Below are positions 51,408-61,445 of a DNA stretch of 64,000 nt, in pieces. The translations under genes and the position numbers were made by a program. Position 1 is the first letter of the stretch. The number at the start of each line of letters is the position of its first letter. Origin of the DNA: Octopus vulgaris. Taxonomy: Eukaryota. Below the pieces are notes generated by a model, which was given only the letters and a program-made list of their open reading frames with translations, ran no database searches and had not been told where the DNA came from. The stretch spans positions 84,072,001 to 84,136,000 of the forward strand of contig OX597819.1 of NCBI GenBank assembly GCA_951406725.2. The letters are read 5' to 3'.

Positions 51408-54400
51408 TGAGTAGTCTGGACGTGACAGCAGCTGGACATATTCTTTGCTGCTCAGACCTGTCAGCAGCTGAAGACACAGAAACACTAATACAACCCAGCA
51501 GGACAACTGAAAAATAACTCAAAGACTGGAATATCTACAATTTCCTGTGAGTATTTTGAATTTCCCTCAAAATAAGTTAAGAAACTTACATACCTACAGT
51601 TTTCGAACACATAGACGATCAACTTTAAAACCTTTAATATCTACAACTTCTGTGAATACCTGTCCTTTCCTTTCTCCCTGAGTATTCAAAAATGTAAACA
51701 TCCTTTTTATTACAAGAACACAACAGTTTCCCCTGTTTGGACAGACAAAAGATCATCTCCAGTAAATTTTAAAACCTTAATATCTACAATTCTCAAAAAA
51801 ATTTACTTTCGTTTTCTTCCTTTCCTTTCTCCCTTTTCTTCCTTTCCTTTGCAAAAACACTAGTCTTCTCTGAACACTGAGAAAAGCGATGATGAAGGCT
51901 TTACTAGATATGCAGGTAGAGTGTACAGAGAGTGTGAGAGATTTAAACTGGATAAACTAACTCCAGACTCATTCAAGTGCCTGATTTTTACTGCTAAAAA
52001 GGATGCAGAAGTCAGAATGAAACTTCTCACAAAGCTGGAAATGGACCAGAATATAACTCTCCAGAAACTGTCAGAAGAGTGTGATGTGATAGTAAAAGTA
52101 AGGCACAGCACAGAAGAAATTCAACACAGAGATTGTTTACAGATAAAACCAGTATGGAAGAGTTGGAAGACAGATAAAGTGTTTCACAAAAAACTTGATA
52201 TACAACAGGAGATAAATCCATGTATGGCATGCAGTGGTAGGAACCTGAGAAAAGGATTGTCCATTCAAAAAAGCAAAGTGTTTTCATTATGGGAACACAG
52301 GATACATTAAATCATACTGCAGAACTAAGATGATGAAAAATTGGACCAAACGAGTAAAAAATAAATAGTTTGTCATCAGAGAAAAAGGTTTGTAGAACAA
52401 ACAGAAAATTCATCAAGGTGAGAATCAAAACCACAAGTGTCAAAATACAATTAGATACGAGTAGTGACATCACTATCATAAATGAAAAAACATGGCAACA
52501 AATCAGTAAGATGAAATTATTTAAATCAAATAAAGTAACATATGGTGTCACAGGAAAGAAATTATATTTCATAGGCAAATATATTTGCAATGTAACTTTT
52601 CAAGGTGAAACAAAAAGGACAATAATTTATGTGTTGGAAAAATCACTAAACCTATTTGGCACAGAATACATGGAGTTATTTAAAATGTGGGATACCCCCA
52701 CTAGTGTTCTCTGTGAAAATGTAGTTGGCATGGTTAAAAGTTCAAATGAAGTCAAACAACCAAGACAAAAGATTAAAAAATTGTTTCCAAATGTTTTTTG
52801 GGAAGGATTAGGCTGTTGCACTAAAACAAAAGCAAGGATTGCAGTAAAAGAAAAGGCAATACCTGTTTTTGGGCCCAAATGGAATGTGCTATTTGTGGAA
52901 TTAGACCACATCAATAAAGTCTAGATATAATTTTAAAAATCAACCATTCAGACTGGGCAGCTCCAATAGTTATAGAAATGAAAAAAACCCCAGAAAAATG
53001 CTAAAGGGTGGAATGGTGAATAAAGTAAAATGAATTTACTTGCTTCCCAAAGAAAAAAAAACTAAAAGGGGAGATGTAGTGAAAATGGTACTCCCCTTCT
53101 CATGTAACAAAGTGACATGAATCAGTCACTATGAAGTCAGACAGTCAGTCGTTGTAGCAGGTCAGTAGTAGTAGAGTCATTGCATGAGTGTCAGTTATGT
53201 GATATATACAAGTTTGAGTTACCATCAAGGTTGACATTTCAAAGTCATGGTCTTGTGGAGCTATCAGCAGTAGCATGACAGATGAGTCAAAGATAATAAG
53301 ACACGCAACACAATAGTGGTGACAAGAATATTACAGTGCCAACAATAGCATACAAGTGGACAAGGATCCACATTATAACAAATAATAATTATTATAATAG
53401 TTGTTGTCATTGTTATTATCATCATCGTCATTGTCATTATTGGTGGTGGTGTTTAACATCTGATTTCCATGCTGGTATGGGTTGGATGATTTGACAGGAG
53501 CTAACAAGCCAGAGGATTGCACCAAGCTCTTAATGTCTGCTTTGGCATAGTTTCTATGGTTGGATACCCTTTTTAATTTCAATATTCAGAATAAATCATC
53601 TGGTTGTGTACATTTGGTAATTAATGCTTGAGGAAAATTATAACTGTACAGAGTAGCCGCAGCACTCATTTAAACTCTTGGTTAATATGGTTTGTATAAA
53701 TTTTCTTTTCATTGAACAAGCATTAATAACTAGTGAACAAACATCAATAATTGCGTAGATGTTGTCAGCTACAAATATTTATAAACAATAATAAAATCCC
53801 ATAAAGACATTTTCAAAAAACACTCACTTTAACAGCTATGCCATTTCTGAATGTTATAAGCAATGAGTTGTTTTGCTTTTTAATTAAGAAATTTGGGTTG
53901 TCCAGGCTGCCATTCATTAATGACATACTGTATTTCTCTGTCTGGTTGATCAGAATTCGAACATCTTTAATACAATCCACCATTGTAAACTGTAAATAGA
54001 GAACAAGTAAAATTAAACTTTTGCAAATAAAATTAATGTACTAGAATAAATAATAAGTAATTAATAAATTTTAATCAAAATTTTGTTAGAATAGTTTTCT
54101 ACAAAACAAATACAGAAGAATATTTCCATTGTCAATAACATGTCAGTTTTAATTATATTTGTTAGAGAAACCTCCATGATTTTATTTTTTCCTAGACTGA
54201 TGAATTGTATTTTTTATATAGATGTATAGAAATGCAAAGAAAGGCAACATGTCATTCAAATACTTTACAAATTCAATATTTAAGAATAAAACTATATTCC
54301 AGGTTAAGCATTCTAGAATGATATGATTCTCTATTGCAGTTTGTAGATAAGTATTTAAAAAATGTGAAGTATATTTGCCACTTAAATGTAGCTAGCCCTT

Positions 54401-56149
54401 AAGGGTAGATGCTACTGTAGCTTGTAGCTCCAGGAGGACACCTCCTCCAGTTGGCTATTGACACACTTTCTGTGCCCTATCAGTATTTTCAAATAGCCAG
54501 CTGGAGGAGGTGTCCTCCTGGGGTTACAAGCTACAGTAGCATCCACCCTTAAGGGTTAGCCACATTTAAGTGGCAAATATACTTCACAATATTGTGCAGC
54601 TACTGTTTATACCTCGTTCAGAGATTTATTATTGCTTGGACTGGAGTAATGTGAAATGAAATGTTTTGCTCAAGAACATAACGTGTCACCTAGTCCAGGA
54701 ATTAAAACCACAAGCTTACGATTATGAGTCCAACACCCTAACCACTAAGCCATGTGCCACTACTGTAGATAAGTATGTTTGTTCCTTCTCGAGCCATGCC
54801 TGGCTCATAAGGGCTGGTTTCCCAGCTTCCTTGGCATATAGGCTCCCCACCTGGATGGGACGCCGGTCCATCGCAGGTGAGCTGCAAGATGCAGGAGGAA
54901 AGAGTGAGAGAAAGTTGTGGCGAAAGAGTCAGCAGAAATTTGCCATTACCTTCTGCCGGAGCCGCGTGGAGTTTAGGTGTTTCGCTCATAAACACACACA
55001 TTGCCCGGTCTCAGATTCGAACCTGCGATCCCTCGACCGCAAGTCTGCTGCTTTAACCACTAGGCCATGTGCCTCTACGTAGATAAGTATGGGGGGATAT
55101 AAAATGAAGTTATCAAATTAAAGCTTCTCTCTGTGGAAATAAAAACCAAATCATGGCTTTGGATCACTAGGAGCTTATATTTTACTCCATGGCACTTACA
55201 CACATTGATATTATCAAAAGAGAAACAAAAATATTTTACATATTGAAGTACTTACTTCAATGATAGAAGATTCCAATGTTTTCATGGCAAATCCAGTTGA
55301 AATTGAGTCTTCAATTCGAATTTGCATTCGAAAAGTATCATCCACCATATAGATCATTTCATACTCTCCCCAACCATTGAATGTATAATCATTGCCATCA
55401 ATTGTATGGAAGTGGGGATCTCCCCATGACCATCCTGAAAATAAACAGTATTTTTTTTTAGTTCTCTTCAGTGCCTGTTTAATAATTGTTCTACAAAAAA
55501 TATTTATGTTTCATTTCACTGATTTTAAAATGTGTGTGTGTGTGTGTGTGTATATGCACGTGTATGTATATGTAAATGTATACATTCACAAACGTGTTCA
55601 CTTTTTAAAATTTACTTAATTTTTTTTAATCTTTAGCATAAATTAGATTAAATTAGATACACAAATTTTGGTTTCAAATTTTGACACAAGACCAGCAAGT
55701 TTTGGGGAGAGACTTAGTCAATTAAACTGACCCCAGTATTCAGTTGTTACTTATTTCATTGACCTTGAAAGGATGAAAGGCAAAGTTGACCTCATTAGAA
55801 TTTGAACTCAGAACATATAGATGGACGAAATGCCACTAAGCATTTTGCCTGGCATACTAATGATTCTGCCAGCTCACTGCCTTTAGATACATAGATATCA
55901 AAAGAATGATATTTTATTTTACTCTTTTACTTGTTTCAGTCATTTGACTGTGGCCATGCTGGAGCACCGCCTCTAGTCGAGCAAATCGACCCCAGGACTT
56001 ATTCTTTGTAAGCCTAGTACTTATTCAATCGGTCTCTTTTGCTGAACCGCTAAGTTACAGGAACATAAACACACCAGCATTGGTTGTCAAGTGATGCTGG
56101 GGGGACAAACACATACACACACACACACACACATGCACACACACACATG

Positions 56150-56208
<59 letters not shown>

Positions 56209-59200
56209 ACGATGGGCTTCTTTCAGTTTCCGTCTACCAAATCCACTCACAAGGCTTTGGTCGGCCCGAGGCTATAGTAGAAGACACTTAACCAAGGTGC
56301 CACGCAGTGGGACTGAACCTGGAACCATGTGGTTCATAAGCAAGCTACTTACCACACAGCCACTCCTGCACTTATGTACTCCTGCGACATTATGTAAAAA
56401 GATTTTGAGATAATGAGAAATGTCACAAAATGTGTTCTGTTTGATAATTCTCAGGTCAGTTTGAGAAAGGTTTATATAACACTGTCTTTTTGGCAACCTT
56501 GATGGCTAGAAATTGTAAAACTACAACTGCCCTAAATTCTATGTGGTAGAATACTGGTTTACTTTTCATTATGATCTTTATTATAAACATTTGTCTACTG
56601 CATAGAATTATAACAAGTTTTCATATAAACTTTCTGAATCTTACGTTAATATTGATTTCTAACATGGCTTGAAATAACTGATTATATCAACTTCAGTTAC
56701 AAACTCATTCTTATTTTATTGATCCTGGAAGGATGAGAGGCAAAGTAAACCATAACAAAATTTGAACTCAAGACATGGATATATGCAACTGAACACCACA
56801 AGATATTTGGTTCATAACTGTCCTGATTCTGCCAATCTATATCTTGCTAATATTGGTTTCAAATTTTGGCACAAGGCCAGCAGTTTTGAGGGAGGGGCCA
56901 AATCAATTACATCGACCCTAGTTCTCAACTGGTACTTATTTTATTGACCCCAAAACGATGAAATGCAAAGTCAATCTCACAAGCATTTGAACTCAGAACA
57001 TAGAGACAGACAAAATGCTGCTAAACATCTTGCCTGGCATGATAGCAATTCGGCCAGCTTTATAACCTTACATCTTGCTGATATTAAGCATATTCAAGGT
57101 GGTGAGCTGGCAGAACCATTAGCATGCTGGGTGAAATGCTTAGCAGCATTTCATCTGTCTTTATGTTCTGAGTTCAAATGCTGCCAGGGTTGACTTTGCC
57201 TTTCATCCTTTTGGGGTTGATAAAAAAAGTATCAGTTGAGTACCAGAGTCAATGTAATCAACTCAACCCCTCCTCCAAACTTGCTGGCCTTGTGTCAAAG
57301 TTTGAAACCAATTCTAAACATGTTCTCCTTTAGTTTGGGAACCAAACTTCATTTTCCCTCAGTATACAAATAAGTCCTTTCTTTACATATAGACTTCTTG
57401 CTCTATGACTCACCAAGTTTCGGAGGAAGATAGTTCTTACAAGTTGATGACGGCCTCCGACTGTAGTACAGATTGCAGTAGGATGGAACTCCTTCACAGC
57501 AAAATTTCTTCATATGTTTATCAAGAGTATCTGTGTTAAGAACACTGATTGAACCTCCTAAAGGACTGCCTGTGATCAGTGTTTCTCCGAAAGAACTGTT
57601 ACTGTAGACACATTGTTCTTTCAGTCCATTCTGTGCAAAAATACTTTCAAACTTTGTAATACCATTTTCTCTGGAGATGAATTTAAATCGAAAATCTGCT
57701 TTTGCTTGAGTCTGTATGCAAGGACATGTGTGAGACAAAGCATTTGTCCAGTCATCAGATGAGTGGGCATAATTTATGCACTGTTGCTTTCGCAAATCCA
57801 GGTCATTTTCAATTTTTTCAACCCAAACACCTTGTTTGCCTGAAGTCAGAAAACATTTCAATTAAATTTTTTATTGTGTTAAAACCTGCACTGCTCCAAG
57901 AAAGCAACAAAAAATGAAAGAAGAAAGGAAGCCAATATTGTTGAATAGAAAATAAAATGGTGTAATGAAAAGAGTGGATTAGGATGAGAGACATTTGATT
58001 ATGAATAAGTTGCTATGAAGTATTTTTTATTAAGTATGATTTTAAACTGATGTATTTCTTCATTACCAGCAACTTTTGAAAATGAGTCAATGAGGGAGCC
58101 TCTAAACAGTCACTCAATCTACTAGAAATAGCTACCTAATCTCTCTTAAACCATGTCCTACAGTCATATAGAAGATAAGGTACATTAGATAATATTGTCT
58201 TACATATGTGATAACTAAATCTGAAATACCTTTGATTTTAGATCTGCATGATTAAAGTTTGCTTGGAGTTAAGCTACAAGAACAATAATAACAACAGCAA
58301 CAGTGGAGGCACAATGGCTCAGCAGTTAGGGCAGCGGACTCACGGTCATAAGAACGTAGTTTTGATTCCCGGTCCAGGCATTGTGAGTGTTTATAGAGCA
58401 AAAGTACCTAGGCTCCACGAGGCTCTGGTGGGGGTTGGGGTGAACGCTGTTGTACTCTTTTACCACAACTTTCTCTCACTATTTCTTCCTACTTCTGCTA
58501 CAAAGCAGAGGAACCATGGTGTAACCCACTATGGTGTGGTAAACTTTCAGATCCTAGATAACTGGTGTGTTGTAATTATAACCAAGAATGTTAATGGATG
58601 TTTAGACATGCAGTAATCTAGTTGCTCTAGTATTCAAGGAAGGCTACTACTCTGACTTACAAAATCAAGACAGCAAAGGGCTCCTGAAATATTGTAGGTA
58701 AATGAAATTGCTATGTGCAACATCGACTTTTGGCAAACCATTCCAAAAACAGGTTTTCAGAGCTGAATTAACCAGAAAGCAAAACCAAAACTTGTGTGTG
58801 ACAGAATCATTAACTTATCCTGTTGTCAGGAGTGAGAACAGTACATTTCCTTGTATGCTCAGCCTGTGAGAAATATAGGCAAATATCCCTCAAATCACAA
58901 CCATCTTTAAAAACAGAAGGATATATTAGATGATGTAGACCTAAATAAAATGGAATGGGTACAAGTAGGAACATTTCTGATCACATGCCTTCTTGATTAA
59001 AGCTGACCTGGGCACAAAAAGTGAAAACTGTTATAAGACTTGCTGTTTTAAGATTGTTGTCAAGCATAAATGTAACTATAAAGTGTGTCCTTCATACCAA
59101 AGCGACTTCGGGCACAATATTTAATTTCAGTGTTATGGCATTGAGCAGATGAGAAATAACTGTCTCCTTTGATAGGTCATTAGTATAAATAAACGGAAGA

Positions 59201-60040
59201 GAGTAGAATTTAGACAAATATATAACAAAATACTTGCAGTAGGTTTAACCTTTTAGCATTCAGATTACATTGTCAGATGTAATGCTTATTTATTCACATT
59301 GTTTTGAATTTATCTTGCATTATCTTGTAACTTTGAGATTTTGAATTTGTGATTGTTTATTTTTAGAATGACATTGTAGGGAAGGAGTGAGAAGCTAGAT
59401 CTGGTTGGTTTGAACATAAACCAGGAAGAATATTTGATCTAAATATAGCAGGTTTAAATGCTAGAGGGTTAAACTTGAGACCTCAGTGTTTTGTAGTCAG
59501 ATAATATATCCACTCAGAGACCTTTCATCTATTGCAGTGTTTTTCAACCATTTTTGCCTTTGGTTTTGCTTTCACCTCTATAGCCATTTGATATTTTAAA
59601 AAATCATATTATATTTTTAGGATTAAATATTAATAGGAATTGCATATACAAATTGTTAAAATATTTTGTTTGTTCTAGAAGTCATTCTTTTACTTGTTTC
59701 AGTCATTTGACTGAATCCATGCTGGAGCACCACCTCAACAGGTTTTAGTTAAGCAAATCGACCCAGCACTTATTTTTTTAAGCCTAGTACTTATTTACTA
59801 ATTATATACTATTTATCTATTATTTAGTACTTTATTTACTTTAAGGTAAATGTTTTATCGTATCTTTAATTTTTTCTATATCGTATGATTTAAGTATATC
59901 ATTGTTGAATTGCTTCATGGTGGTTCTTCTCTAATTTATATACATGTATTATATATTGTGAAATTTGATTTAGTATTACTAAATTGAATTTTTCCCTGTA
60001 AGTTTGGAATCATATTCCCTAATATCATTATTATTATTAA

Positions 60041-60104
<64 letters not shown>

Positions 60105-60328
60105 TCTTTACTACCCACAAGGGGCTAAACACAGAGGGGACAAACAAGGACAGACAAATGGATTAAGTCGATTACATCAACCCCAGTGCGTAACTAGTAC
60201 TTATTTAATCGATCCCGAAAGGATGAAAGGCAAAGTCGACCTTGGCGAAATTTGAACGCAGAACATAAAGCCAGACAAGATACTGCTAATCATTTCACCT
60301 GGTGTGCTAATGTTTCTGCCAGCTCATC

Positions 60329-60390
<62 letters not shown>

Positions 60391-60687
60391 TATATAAAAA
60401 CAAACTTTAGGTTAGTTAAAATATGTTTGCGACATATTTCAACATCTAAAGGCAAATTCACTGCATTTACTGTGGAGAAAAATTTTCTCCTATGGTAAAA
60501 AAGGTGTAAAATCAACGTATATGCCCATATAAATATATATATATATATGTGTGTGTATGTATGTATGTATGTATGTATGTATGTATGTATGTATGTATGT
60601 ATGCATGCATCTGTGCAAGCATGCATGCATGTATGTATGTATGTATGTATGTATGTATGTATGTATGTATGTATGTATGTATGTATG

Positions 60688-60775
<88 letters not shown>

Positions 60776-61414
60776 TGATCTTTCAATTTAGGCTTATAAA
60801 ATTGCCAACAACATAAAATGGAAGTGGAAGACAATGAAAGTGAAAAAATTTTTCATCAGCAAAATAGTTTTAGGAATAAAAACAAATGCATTTTTTTAGC
60901 TCTTTTAAGTACCTGATTTTTTTGCCAGAATCTAAACGGTTTTTTTGGGGCGGTGGGGGGGATTGTTATTGTTAAAATTCAAAAACTGAAACAAAATGAT
61001 TGACAAATCCCAGATTAAAACCCACTTTGCTGAATTGTGAATTAATCCAATGGATGCAGGAAACTCAATTGCACAATCAATATCATGAGTTGTTCAGTGA
61101 AAATCTTATAGAAAGTAATTCCTTTGAGTCAGATCTTTATTAATGATTTTTCTCTGTGATTCTTACATGAGATTTCAGTCTTCCATGTGCAACAGTCTTC
61201 AATAAACAGTTCAGGAAAAAAATCTTTCAGTTTCATTTTATTGAACATTTGTATTGACAATTATCATTTCCTTTGGCAAAAAATAATAATGTTTTCAGTG
61301 TTTATTTATTGCCCTTTTTATTGGTGATTATATCTTCCTTTCAGTTTATTGTCAGCTATTTTATATATCAAATAACAAAACATCATGCATGCATGCATGC
61401 ATGTATGTACGTAC

Positions 61415-61445
<31 letters not shown>

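Noticed and set aside
54197-54255. CTGATGA...GAAA...GTC hammerhead-like spacing
   Set aside because: Stems I and III do not pair convincingly, so it is probably a chance match in AT-rich DNA.
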